Source: Parasitella parasitica NRRL 2501
Lineage: Eukaryota > Fungi > Mucoromycota
Direction: 5' to 3'
Length of the DNA stretch: 64,000 bases
NCBI GenBank assembly: GCA_025201805.1
Contig: MU619272.1
Span: 134,105-198,104, forward strand
How positions within the stretch are numbered: the first letter of the stretch is position 1; each line of letters starts with the position of its first letter. Shown here one piece after another: positions 11,723 to 24,586 of this stretch. The notes under the pieces are model-generated. The model was given only the letters and a program-made list of their open reading frames with translations. It was not told where the DNA came from and did not search any database. A program made the position numbers and the translations under genes.

Positions 11723-13804
11723 ATGGACAGTAACAATAACAATTGGAGAGGCAGAGGTAGGGGCCGTGGAAATAACAATAATAGCAACCGCAATCACAAC
11801 CACAATCACAATCACAATCGTGATTACAACCAAGGCTACAACGATAATACCAACCAAGGCAACGCGTATCACAATAATGCCAATCCAGGCAGCGTCTCCA
11901 TCACTTCTCGCCTTGGCCCAACCAACGCCACTAGCAATGATCGAATAATTCATGCCAACAACAACAGCAGCAGCAACAACAACAATAACAGTGGTTTCCC
12001 TCAACAGCATCAGCAGAGTCAAAGAGGAGAGAGAGCGTTTTCCTCGAATAATTATCGAGGCCGAGGTAATAGAGGCAGCCGATACGTTGGAGGAGGTAGT
12101 GCTCGGTTTAATAAGGAATTTGTGGAAGAGGATATAAGCATGCAATCGTAAGTGGATTGAAATTTGAATGTGTCATTTGGACGGTACTTGACCGATTTAT
12201 TTAGAAACACTTTGGCTGGAAATATTGTTACAGTATGTTGAATATGCTCCCTTTTTTTTGTATGATATCGACTAATGAATAAATAGATTACTGGCTATCC
12301 TCCAGGATCCGAAGAAAAAGTGCTTGGATTTATTACTAAAAAATCCAAAGCTGCTTGGGAGCCGCTCAACGTATGTTTATTGGCTATTAATGTACCGCAG
12401 CTTGTTATTCACGCTCTCATTAGATACAATACGAACAAAAGGCAATGCATATCACTGTAGTCGATGAGGAAACGGCGAAGAGTCTTTGCAGAATGAACAA
12501 TTTCAACTTTGGTGCTGCTACAGTAAGGTTTGATTTGACACAAACTACCGCTTTTTGCTAATAACCATCCTTTTTTTTTTTTTTTTCCAGTTGCATATTA
12601 CTCATGGAGGACAGCAAGGAGGACACGATAATAGCAGAAGAGTCGCAGGCAGTTCGGGCAATGCTCGCAGGTCAGCCGTCCTGGCCGAATTCTTACAGGA
12701 GCGATGGAATCCTCAAGCCGGGTTTTTGGATTTGGATGAATTACCACCTACATCACACAACATTAACACAGTGATATCCCAGTTACTAAACGAAGCTAAA
12801 CATCTATTCGGAGATACTGTAAGTGGCAGTGTACTGTTGTGTGAGCAGATCAGGATACTAAATGGCCCACTGAAACATATAGCTCAAGACTCTTTCATTT
12901 GCTCGCAACAAACTTTGGTCTGTGGTGCCTTTGAACAAAGTCCCTGATGTGTTTCCCAATCTCCAGAACTTATCGGTTGCAGATAATGATATTGCCGAGT
13001 TCCGTGGTTTAGATAAACTCAAAAATCGATTAGCAAATTTGCAAGAACTCATGCTATCAGGAAACCCTATTCAAACAAACAATTCGGTTGAAAAATACCA
13101 GCAAGAGGTGTTAAAAAGGTTTCCCACAATTCAATTTTTAGATTCTCTCTCTGTAAATGGTGGTCAAACACCACAAGCGCAGCAGCTCATAGACTTACCC
13201 CTTCCTGTCAGATTCAATTTTTTCGACAACGACAACTCTCAACTCGCTGCTCAAGACTTATTATCTAAATTCTTCCCGCTGTTTGATTCCAATCGAGCAT
13301 CATTGATAGATCTATATGATGCACAGGCTGTTTTTTCAGTGACATGTAGTAATGGTGGTTCATTTCAACAGCAAAACACGTGGGGAAGTGGCCAGACTCC
13401 ACCTAGACAGAGAATGGCAATGGGTGGCGAAAATATCGTTAAACGCTTGCTTCAGCTTCCACCAACGGTGCATGATTTATCCAGCGTAGATAATTTCGTA
13501 ATGGATGCTTGGCAGACACCTGGTTCACAAAATCATCCTGTGGTGCTGTTTTTAACTGTCCACGGTGGGTTCAAAGAAGCAACTTCTAGTGCGCCATTGT
13601 CATTCGATCGCTCATTCCTGGTAGCTCCAGCCGCTCCTGGATCAAGGTAAAAAAAAAAAAAAAAAAGTGTTTTTTTGCTTTCCTGTGTATCTGATTTTCT
13701 ATATCTGTAGAGCTCACAATGCTGGTTGGAGTTATGTGATTTTGAATGACTCTTTAATTGTTCGTAATTTCTCAAATAAGCCTGCCAATTTGGTCACAGC
13801 ATAG
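11723..13804 (+). CDS. MEX67: mRNA export factor Mex67/NXF1 family (RG-rich N-terminus, RRM-like, LRR, NTF2-like)
   Basis: RG/N-rich N-terminus; LRR (FPNLQNLSVADN, LQELMLSGNP); NTF2-like domain (FFPLFDSNRASLIDLYD...SFDRSFLVAP...YVILNDSLIVR). Stop TAG at 13802-13804. Confidence 0.82.
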
Positions 13805-13914
13805 AATCAAAAATGAACATTTAGCACATCAAAAAGATACTTAATAAACAGTCCATTACTGACACAAACCCCACCTTTACGAACATTGCTCTTTTGCATT
13901 GCCCGCCGTATAAT

Positions 13915-15280
13915 ATGGACGGATTAGATATAAATACAATACCTTCTAATCTGCTATTACGTATACTGCTTCAGCTTTGTTTCATTCCCTCGCATAAAGA
14001 TCTGGATTTAGTCAGCATTTTACATACTGCATTGCAACAACTCGGCCAGACAAGCGATCTAGACGCGTTCCTTGATTACTGCCAGGTTTTAAGTAATCCC
14101 AAGACCCCTTGCGTATGGAATAGCTTTACTATTAAAGATAATAATGATTGGGAAAGTGCAAATAACAAGAAACCGCAGGATCTTGCTGGCATTAGATTTT
14201 TGATGGCTTCAGAAACGGTAAATTTTAATACACCATATGGCAGGTTTTTGCACTATTTTTTGTTAAAAAATCCACATGTAGGCTAGACAAAATATTGAGT
14301 TGACTCGATATTCTAAAGCCATGTTGTATGATCCAAAATGCATTCATTTTTTCCAGGGAAAAGCTATCCCTGTCAATGATCTGTTGCACGACACACTGCT
14401 TTATTTCAAACAAGAGAAGCATGATGTTGACCCCTTGATGGAGACGCTGATCAATTTACGGCTTGACAAATACGAGCACGACAAATTGGAATTTGAGCGA
14501 CAAACAGAAGAATTGGATGATGCAGACTATCATTTACTAGGTGCATTGATGGTGAGGTATGACAGTACAGCAAGTCGAGGCAGTGCATCGAGATCATGGT
14601 GCTTATATTTGAGGGATTATATTGAAGACGAAGATGGGTCAACATGGCGCATATTACTAGAGGACGGTGAAAGTCGCGTATGTCAATGTGTGCACAGATA
14701 TGAAAACAATACCCTAACGTGCTATTCATGCTGGATAAAATAGGTTGTCTCCGATCAAACGCTTGCAGATATTCGAGGAGCCAGAGAAAACAAGACATCG
14801 CCCTCAGAATTCTCTAGAGACTATAGGCCAGTTTATTTATTTTATGGCAATCTAGACATATCACAAACAAGCCAAATGGATGATCAAAATGGGAATAATG
14901 TCATCACACTGGAAGATTATACGTTTGACGATGAGTACGATCAAGATCAACTATTACTACCGCAGGGTGCAAGAGAAGAAGAGGAGGCGTGTAAACACTG
15001 TGGCATAAAAGATATTGTGGAGGACATTAATGACATTTTTTTCTGTGAATCATGTAATCAAGGCGTGCACCAACTATGCGAAGAACCTCCTGTGGAAGCG
15101 TTTGAAAAAGACGTTGATCCTTGGTATTGCCGTTCTTGTTGTAAAGCCCAAAATATACCTGTGCCTTCTCTTCCACAATTGAGAGATGCTGCCATCTATG
15201 ATGAAAATATTTTAAAAAGAAAGAGAAAAGAGGATCATACCACATGCGAGGATGCTGGTTCATTGGAAAAGAAAACGTAA
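13915..15280 (+). CDS. C-terminal PHD finger protein (multi-exon)
   Basis: CKHC...FFCESCNQGVHQLC...WYCRSC (C4HC3) in the last exon; upstream ORFs linked by introns. Confidence 0.75.
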
Positions 15281-16302
15281 TAGTCGAGCAAGCTTTGTGG
15301 GGCTGTGTAAATATGCTATATAGAATAAAAATCATAATTTTTGTTGGCTTTTTGTAATTTACGTGCAAAGAAATACTTTGAGAGATTTTGCCAGAATTGT
15401 ATTGTAGCCAAAATGTTGGTTTTTTGATATGAAACATTTAGCTTGATAGACCCTAAAACATGCTGGCATCTTATGCATTACAAGAACGTAAGAGCTTGTT
15501 GTGGATATACGAGCCAGGATGTGGTATGCAGAAGATTACAAGTATAACAATTAAGGCAGATAAAGACCTTATTTGAACAATTCGGCGTCCAAATGCATAT
15601 CCAAAGGTTTTCCATACTCTGGAGTTGCATTATGATGACTTTTTTTTTTTCTACATTGCCTTCACCCTTGCTGTCGTATATTTGATTTGCCAAAAATTAC
15701 TTTATTGCATTTTTGTCGTCAAAACCAAAACAATTTTATATGTTTCTTATATCAAATTTAACCTAAAGCGTGTGGAAATCGTATACATGTGTAACATCAA
15801 ACATTACGTGCGAGATTCCAAGATTTTTGATCCACATCTCGATTTTACGATTTTTCGCATTTACGAGACATATTTTTGTGTATGTTTGCGCATCAAGTTA
15901 CGCCATCAACTGCACAACAAAAACTCTACCAGTTTCAAACAATAGTCCATGCTTGTTTCAATAATGGTTTTCCGAGAAATGGGCTGTTGAATCACTAGAA
16001 AATTTTGAAAATGGCCAATTTAAACAATCAAACCCTCCAGCAATTGCTGGTAAATGGCTGCTGTCTGCAAGCTAAATAATCATGAACATGGTGAAAAAGC
16101 TTCAGAGATAATCGTATATAGAATAGGTAAAACTTGCTGAACAATTCAATTATCCACTCTTTACATAAATAGAATTTAACCTTATCAACACTTATTACAG
16201 GATTCTTTCCATTCTACACAAAAAAAAAAGGTTTATTATTAGGAATAAAGCACTTTTTTTTATTTTTCAGAAAAGATAATCGTAGATCTTTTGACCTAAA
16301 AT

Positions 16303-17100
16303 TTACTGCAAAAATGTATAAGTAAATCAAGAAAACTAATTTTTCTTCTCGACGATCAGTATTACTTACTTGCTTCATAGCATCTTTCTTACCCTTACGT
16401 TCGAGGATAGCAAGACGAGATTTATCCAACTTGAGCTTGGTGACAACGACCTTGGAGGGAGAGATACCAATGGGGGCAGTGGCACCGTTAACCTTCTCAC
16501 GAGAGACACGATCAATGTGGATAACCCACTTTTTACGGTACACTTGGACAATCTTACCCTCGCGTCCCTTGTAAGTACCACGGACGACCATAACCTCATC
16601 ATCCTTGCGGACGGGAATGGAGCGAACGCTATGCTTTTCACGGAGTTCCTTGGACAAAGGAGCACTCATAATTTTACGGCGGACATCGGAGGTGGCAGAG
16701 AAATGAGCCTTTCTGCTCTTACGGCGAGAAGAACTGACGTCTATACCGATTTAACGTAAGTATATTTGCACATGTCATAGCGAATTCCCTTTGGAGAAGA
16801 AACGAATCAAGAAAAAATGGATTGAAATGTACGCTTTAAGCAGGTGAATTTAGATTGATGTTGAGACAACGGCACGTTTTACTATGTTGAAAATCCTAGT
16901 TGTGTGCAATAGAAAATGGCAGCTCAGCATATACAATGTAGAAGTTGTGCTTTCTGCAAGTTGATTTCGTCAATGTGCATTCATATAGTCCATCAAACCG
17001 CTGATCTTTTTTCATCCATCAATCCATTTCATCCATTCGTTTCTTTCATCAAAATCACACTTTTTTTCACAATCTGATAATTACCAGCAGAGAACTTCAT
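16303..17100 (-). CDS. RPL26: 60S ribosomal protein L26 (uL24)
   Basis: Exon 1 MKFSA (ATG at 17100), about 340-nt intron, then [34 protein letters not shown]...DDEVMVVRG; last intron precedes the stop codon. Confidence 0.96.
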
Positions 17101-17439
17101 CCTGTCAATATGATGAAAAAGAGGAGGATTCCAAACATGGCTTACCTGAGCATTTCTTTTGATTGCCTGATTTCCTAGCCCGCAATCAGTGATCAAAGGG
17201 AGGCCAAAAAAAAAAAAAAAAGAAGACTTTGGTAACTTACTTGCCGAGCCGGACTCACCTTGAAAGGTTATCGTGCATACCAAAGCCAAATTTCAATAAG
17301 CTCTACTATAAAATTGGGCAGGGCCCAGAAGGAACATTTTGATCCTTTCAACGTTTCATCTTTAATGAAGTTGAGCCAGTACCAGAAATTTCAGAGGCCA
17401 TCAGATGAGGTTTCCCCAGCATAAAGATCGCGAAATGGA

Positions 17440-17633
17440 AGAGGCAGTCGAAGAAATACAGAAAAACAAGAAAATGTATGACCTACACTCGAAAATACAA
17501 AGGGAGCTGAAAGTTGCTGCAATGTGAAAGATTGGGCGAAGAGAATAAAGAATGATCCAAATTGAAAAAACCACCCAAGTTAACCGTAAGGAAACTCAAC
17601 TGCAAGAAGAGCATAAGCAGCCCCTCATTGAAA
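17440..17633 (+). mobile_element. Decayed Tc1/IS630-like transposase N-terminal fragment
   Basis: Broken frames NVKDWAKRIKNDPN* and KTTQVNRKETQLQEEHKQPLIE resemble the HTH region of Mucorales Tc1/IS630-type transposases (recognised from memory, not searched). Confidence 0.5.
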
Positions 17634-17639
17634 ACACTG

Positions 17640-18174
17640 GCAAAATAAAATTTCAAGAACTGTGACAAAATACCAAAGCATCGTTGAAAAGATAGCGCAA
17701 TTGATAGCTTGTGGCAGTTATAAAACTACTCTGAGACATCAGATCAATACCCTGTACCGTGTATTGTGTCCAGAGCAGAAAGTTTTCAAGTACGAACAAT
17801 ACCATGATGATCTCCATGGTGAACCAAAATGGATGTCATACCTGGACAATGTGAAGGAGAGGGCTGATGATAAGAGAGCTACTACGGACCCTGCATCTGT
17901 AACTGCCAATCTTGGTTTTATTGGCGAAAGCTCGCCAAGTAAGTTAGAGCGTTCAATTGGCAACAAGAAAGCAAAAGCTGCAAAGCACAAGAACATTGAG
18001 CTCTTGCAAAAGTCGGAAGAGTATTTGCTGGTAGAGAATAAGAAGCTGAAGTTAATGCAGCAATCTCCGTGTATGAAAACTTTGGATGTAGACTGGAAAT
18101 CAATCGTTGACAACCCAGTTAAACTTCGCTACTATCAAGCTCTTTACAAAAAAAAATGCAGAGAAGTACACTGA
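17640..18174 (+). mobile_element. Decayed PIF/Harbinger-type accessory ORF fragment (NAM-associated-like domain)
   Basis: FKYEQYHDDLHGEPKW...ERSIGNKKAK matches the F..W..L...PKW...RP.G.K.AK pattern; no ATG start and disrupted flanking frames. Confidence 0.5.
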
Positions 18175-19217
18175 GGCTGAAGAAGAGGATCTTGAGTCAA
18201 TTTGGGGCAGCAGTTTTCTAAAAATTGCCCTTGAGAGTTTGAACAGAAACGAAATAGAGTTGGAATTTGAAAACGTTGACTGGAACGAACTCATTGGTAA
18301 AAAGAGTTGAACCGCGGAGCAAACAATAAGAATTTGCCCGCGATATCCGAGAAAAAAAAACACCCTGAAGAATTGATCTCGAAGGTCAAAACAGTAAAGG
18401 GAAGATTGCTATGGAACAGAAAAGCATTTCAGAAGAAAAAAGCAACCAAGGTACCAAGAAGTCGCATAGTCTCTCCAGGTACATTTGTTTTAGTAACTAT
18501 AGCCACAACAGCTCTTCTAACAAAAATGAATCTGTCAGTAACGATACTGCTGAAATCATTTATGATGTCCCAAGTTTGTGGCGCACAAATGGCTCCGATG
18601 CTTAGCTCAAAGCTGATGAAACAATATTTTTGATGTCAATCTCTTTCTGAACTTTGTTTGATTGTCACCGGGAAAGTTGAAAAGATTTCTATGACAATCC
18701 GCACAAAATTAGACTACGTTTATCGGGTTTCTTTTATATGAGTGAAAATTATCAGTTACAATCAATACCAGCCGGCTTTTTAGTTCAAAGGACATTATCA
18801 CTATTCATACTACAAAACAATGAGATTCAGGTGTCTACAATGAACAGCGATTCTTTCAATAATAAGGAAGAGTTACAAATCAACCACATCTTGCAGGATA
18901 TTTATTTTAAAGGCTCAACTGCCCAATTTAGGAGTTACTCTGAGCTGCCTTTCATTGCAGATTTTTGACCATTGAATGAACAAGTTCTATTCGACTTTAG
19001 TCATAGATGGTTTTAAATCAGTATGACAGCTGCATTTTGTAATGTTTAAGGGATTTAATAATTAAAATAGTAAATATTAACTGTAAATAGATGATGGCTA
19101 GTGTAGAATATTGATAAACTAAGAAATGTAGAATTTACAGATGACATATTGTTTCGATTGTGATAGAGATCTGCTTATCACTGAAAAATCAAAAAGAAAA
19201 AGGAAAAGCAAGGGAAC

Positions 19218-20136
19218 CTACATAGTAGCCATTGCCACTACCAAACCTGCAGCCAACAGACAAGCATGCTTGGTCATTTTAGTAGCATCAGAGGCTTGAG
19301 GATTAGAAGAACTTCCACTGCCGTTTGCATTATTCGAGGCGTTGATTTCCTGCTTTGGACCATTATAGGAAGGTAAATCCGTGGGATTCTCAGTTTGCAG
19401 ATAACTTGGAGGTGCCTTGTCGTTATCACATTGGTAATAAGCATTGCAGGTTGCAGCACATGTAGAAGGATTGACTGTGTCCTTGTTGCAAGTCATTTGG
19501 CAATCCTGTGCTTTACCTGAGCACTCAGCTTGAACGACGGGCCACAAGAAGGGAGCAAAATCGGCAACTTTGTGCTATATCAAAAAGCAATCAGTACAGA
19601 AAAAAAGGGCATTTAGTTTACACTTACTGCACACCCACACCCCCAAGCCATGGTAGTAGCGTTACAAAAACTATACAAAAATGAAGGGCAGCGTGGTAAG
19701 TTTTTTCTTCTTTTATACCGGTATAAAACTCGAGAAAGCTTACTTTTTAGGTGCTTGATTAGGGCCACCACAGTTGTTCTGTAATTATATANNNNNNNNN
19801 NAAAAAAAAAAAAAAAAAAAAAAAAAGTGCATATGCTTGTTATACACTTACGGCACAATATGCTGTTTGACGTTGACAGAGATTTTCCCGAGCAGCGGCA
19901 TCTATTCTTAAGATGTCCCACTCAACATTCGGTAAACCAGCTGTGTACACATGAAATATGTTTAAAATTGTGGTTATAGGTTAAATGTGCAATGATGTAC
20001 CTGGCTTATCAATAGGTTGCTGCTGCAATACAGTAGCATTATTGTCGGTCGCTACCGGCGTTGAGGTAACAGCAGTCTGGGCATGTATGCCTGTTACATG
20101 GAGAGCAAGCAAAGCCAAGATACCGTTGAACAACAT
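19218..20136 (-). CDS. Cysteine-rich secreted, probably GPI-anchored protein (multi-exon)
   Basis: Signal peptide MLFNGILALLALHVTGIHA; Cys pattern CQRQTAYC..NCG..FCN..GCGC..EC..DCQMTC..TC...C...YQC; Ser/Asn-rich stalk and hydrophobic C-terminus. Confidence 0.82.
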
Positions 20137-20336
20137 TGAATCAGAAAAATTTAGTAGAACAAGAAGAGAGAAGAAAGAAATCAGGTAGAATATAAAAGTT
20201 GGCTAATGAGATCAGTAATGTATTTACAAATTACAAAAGGGATCTTTTCCCTCCCCACCCCTTAAAATGTGGTTTTGTTCTGATTTCCATGTCCTACTGT
20301 CATCTACGCTACACATTAGAGTTTATAATGTTTAAT

Positions 20337-22252
20337 TTATTCGGGCTTTTGACGGACAAATTCTATCATCAATTCACAATGGTCGGTATGAGGGAAAAGA
20401 TCGACAGAGATAGCACGAGTAGGCTTGAAAGGCATACCTCTGAAACGGTTGGATTGAGGGCGACACAATCTAAATATACAATGAAAATATGTTAATAACA
20501 AATCATCTCCTCGCGTCCCTTCCTTTGCCCCTATATTTAAAATATACTTACGTGACAAAATTATTTAGAGCCTGTTTGGCATCACAACTGATGTAAACCA
20601 CACGATCAATTTGCTCAGCATCACGAACAGCGCGAATGACACTAGCGTGGACGCCATTTCTACATTCACATAATGATTAATTAAAGCGTCGGCTGGTATT
20701 GATCTGATTCTTACCTAGGTGGATCCAAAACTGCAATCACCTCCTCGTTTTTCTCACCTGTCACTACATCAATTTTGTCTTCCACCTTGTTTGCATAATA
20801 TGTGACATTCTCAATATCTAGCCATGCGTATAAGGTTTAGCATGCTCTCATAGGTCCCCGCTAAAAAAGAAAAAAAAAGGCGCTCTTACTATTTAATTTG
20901 GCATTGGCTTTTGCATCAACAATAGCTTCAGGGACCATTTCTATGCCAACAACACGATCAACAGACTTTGCCATAGTAATGCCAATGGTACCAGTCCCAC
21001 AGCAGAGATCTAGCAATGTGGTCTTCTTTGTTGCATCAATACTGCACCATTCTGCACACTTGGCGTACAACAATTCAGCAGCAGGTGTGTTGACTTGGAA
21101 GAAAGCGCTTGCAGAAAGGCGGAAGCGACAGCCGAGTACATTTTCGTAGATATAGCCATCACCAGTCAAGGTTTCCATAGGTGCCTTGTCAGTGACACCG
21201 TTCGAGTTACCATCCCAGATCTGGAAAACCAAAGTGGTGACATTAACGCCGCTTTCTTGGCTCCAGAAATGGATCAAATTCTTCTTTTCTTGTTCCAAGC
21301 GTTCGGGAGTCAAGTCAGCAGCACGCAATTGAACTAAAACTAATACGTCTCCTGTACTTTGGGTCTTGGTCATGATGGTACGCCAGCAACCAATCTTTTC
21401 AACACGGTCATAGACAGGTAGATCTGATTTTCTAACGTAATCACCAAAGACTCTGGCAATCTGCTTGGCAGTATCCGAGACATTCAAACATTCGCTTGGC
21501 TCCAACACACTGGTGATGCCATCACGATAAAGCCCCAACAGGAATCCCACAGTGGGCTCACCGTCTAGATTTTTACCAATTGTAAACTCACATTTGGTAC
21601 GATACCCATTGATCTCAGGCGAAGCGATAGGTTCAAGAACTTCACAGGGCAGAGAGCCTTTCTCAAAAGCCCAGGCTCGTTGACTATCGTCACTGACGTC
21701 TTTAAGGCTTTGAATCTTTCTTTTGAGGTTCATCAATTGCTTTGTGCCATTGCGATTCTTCTTGACTAGCTGAACGTCATAAGGATCTCTCCATAACGGG
21801 GTGACCTGATCTGCCAATTTTTCAGCTGGTGTACGGGTATCGTCTTTGTCATCCACTATGGGTTGGTTTTTCTTCCCCTTCTTTCCTCTGTTCCCATTCA
21901 TAAATTTATCACGATGCTCTTGCTCAGTTTCAGCAATGTATTCGCCGGCGAGTTGATGGTTTTTAAAAGTACAAGAGTTTACAACATCAAGACATTTCAG
22001 GGCCTCCTCCTCTGAATCCACAGTAATGAAACCAAAATTCCAGTCAGGCGCTTTCTTTACACGATTGTAGCCCAACTTCTTAAAGTACTTTTTGACGGCA
22101 GGGAGTTCTTTGACGGGCAAATTGGTGACCTTAATACGGTGGCTCATGTTGGGCTTTTGTTTCTTTCGCTGCTCTTGGTTTTCTTCATCAACGTCTAAAG
22201 CACGCTTTCTGCCCAGAACAGTATCGATAATAGATGATACCAACTTGAACAT
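20337..22252 (-). CDS. TRM2: tRNA (uracil-54-C5)-methyltransferase Trm2/TRMT2A with N-terminal RRM
   Basis: YRTKCEF, SAFFQVN, LLDLCCGTGTIG, VLDPPR, VYISC, VDLFPHTDHCE. Confidence 0.92.
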
Positions 22253-23445
22253 GCTGTTATATTGATGAACGAGATGGATACAGCAAAAAAAAAAAAAAAA
22301 AACCCCCCCACATTTATATTATATATCATGGCATTAAAAAATAACTGAAATGAAAGACACAATTAAATAAAACTAAAAAAAAAAAAAAAAGAACACAATC
22401 TACAAACTCATGAAAAAATTTGATCTGTTACATTTATGATTGGTGCGGCTGCCTAATGACATTTGACAGCTTTTTTCATTGTACCTGATGGATGCTCACT
22501 ATTAGCCATGCACGGCATTATCACATAATCTTACCAAGGAGCATGGCATTTAGCACCAACATTTTGCTCGCCATTTGAATTATATAATTGTTCTTTCGGG
22601 CATGATGGATTGCGACATGTCTTGCAAGGATATCATAACATGTAACAGTTTTAAAAGTTATATGTATAGATCAAGATTAACAAAATCTATAAAACATACA
22701 AAGAAGCCCTTTAATCTCACTTTTTCATAAAACAAGGAGTCGCTATTCATTTTTACAGTTCCATATATATAGCTTGAATTCAAACTGGTAACTAGTGTCA
22801 TTTTGCAGTTTTGAAAAAAAAAAAAAAAAAAAATTCAAATAAACGATAGTGATTGTGATAATATATTTTAGAATTTCTGGTAATAAACCTTTTATTTCTG
22901 ATAAGAGCCATGAAGTTTCTGAGAGGGGAAATGTTTCCCTAAAAAGATTTCAAGAGTAAATGCTTTGTTTAAAAATTAAGAGAATGTGTCGTGAATCAAG
23001 CTATCCTTAAGCTCAAGGTAGTCTTTAAAAAAAGGTTATGGTTGCCTATTGACGAAAATCTGTGATTCTGGGCGTAAGTGTGTCTGTTGACTTTGAATCA
23101 AAAACTTTTAATTGGATTCAGGAACGGAGAGCAAGGTTGAAGATAAACACATTTATGTCCTTGAGATTTCACAAATCTCTATACAGATGGTTTTTTATGA
23201 ATGGGTGTGTTATCCTGGTGGCAGATTATATTCTTTTTTCTGGCGTTTTCTTATACCTTCAATTTGATCTGGCGTCTGCTAGTGTAAAGGGGGTCTTGTC
23301 AGACAAGTACCACCAGGCTGGGTACTTTATATCCAGTTGTACAGTAGAACAGATAGTCAACCTGTGCCATCTTTTCCATAATATTGGAATGGTTCAAAAG
23401 TGTGCGTCTTTGTAAAGCTTTAGCTCCTGATTTTTTTTTTTTTTT

Positions 23446-24275
23446 NNNNNNNNNNNNNNNNNNNNNNNNNNNNNNNNNNNNNNNNNNNNNNNNNNNNNNN
23501 NNNNNNNNNNNNNNNNNNNNNNNNNNNNNNNNNNNNNNNNNNNNNNNNNNNNNNNNNNNNNNNNNNNNNNNNNNNNNNNNNNNNNNNNNNNNNNNNNNNN
23601 NNNNNNNNNNNNNNNNNNNNNNNNNNNNNNNNNNNNNNNNNNNNNNNNNNNNNNNNNNNNNNNNNNNNNNNNNNNNNNNNNNNNNNNNNNNNNNNNNNNN
23701 NNNNNNNNNNNNNNNNNNNNNNNNNNNNNNNNNNNNNNNNNNNNNNNNNNNNNNNNNNNNNNNNNNNNNNNNNNNNNNNNNNNNNNNNNNNNNNNNNNNN
23801 NNNNNNNNNNNNNNNNNNNNNNNNNNNNNNNNNNNNNNNNNNNNNNNNNNNNNNNNNNNNNNNNNNNNNNNNNNNNNNNNNNNNNNNNNNNNNNNNNNNN
23901 NNNNNNNNNNNNNNNNNNNNNNNNNNNNNNNNNNNNNNNNNNNNNNNNNNNNNNNNNNNNNNNNNNNNNNNNNNNNNNNNNNNNNNNNNNNNNNNNNNNN
24001 NNNNNNNNNNNNNNNNNNNNNNNNNNNNNNNNNNNNNNNNNNNNNNNNNNNNNNNNNNNNNNNNNNNNNNNNNNNNNNNNNNNNNNNNNNNNNNNNNNNN
24101 NNNNNNNNNNNNNNNNNNNNNNNNNNNNNNNNNNNNNNNNNNNNNNNNNNNNNNNNNNNNNNNNNNNNNNNNNNNNNNNNNNNNNNNNNNNNNNNNNNNN
24201 NNNNNNNNNNNNNNNNNNNNNNNNNNNNNNNNNNNNNNNNNNNNNNNNNNNNNNNNNNNNNNNNNNNNNNNNNNN
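23446..24275. other. Assembly gap (N run)
   Basis: 830 N; a second 10-N gap lies at 19792-19801. Confidence 1.
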
Positions 24276-24586
24276 ATTATTAAAATCGATCAAGAAATGG
24301 CACACAAAGCTCAATTTTTTGCTTTTAAGCTGTAAAAAATATCTATCTGGGGATGATATCAGGTCTATATCAATTCTAGTACATGACATAGCTCTATAAA
24401 GTAAGTGTTTTTGATGCAGCAAGTATACTTTCTTCATAGTAAAATGATGAAACAGGAAGAGAATAATTAATTAATACAATGTTTTGCTGTAATAACCCCT
24501 TGTTATTTGTGAATAATTCACAAAAGCTGCTAATTGTTACTAACAGAGAGGCCCTATCACGATTGTTGCTTATAATAATGCTTAAT
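24276..24586 (+). repeat. Dispersed repeat, copy A
   Basis: Collinear, same-orientation similarity to 63666-64000, e.g. shared CTGTAAAAAATAT.TATCTGGGGATGATATCAGGTC and TACAATGTTTTGCTGTAATAACCCCTTGTTATTTGTGAATAATTCA. Confidence 0.92.

Noticed and set aside
11699-12145. Antisense ORFs over MEX67, and similar ones over the acyl-CoA synthetase, PRP5, paxillin and ATG11
   Set aside because: Shadow frames of real genes caused by codon bias and low complexity.
16924-17052. Possible C/D snoRNA in the long RPL26 intron (TTGATGA...TCTACATTGT...CTGA, minus strand)
   Set aside because: The rRNA-complementary 10-mer ends 5 nt before the D box, violating the D+5 rule, and there is no clear terminal stem. 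An Infernal scan would settle it.
23384-24437. Long ORFs of 299 and 347 aa
   Set aside because: Artefacts of translating the N gap.
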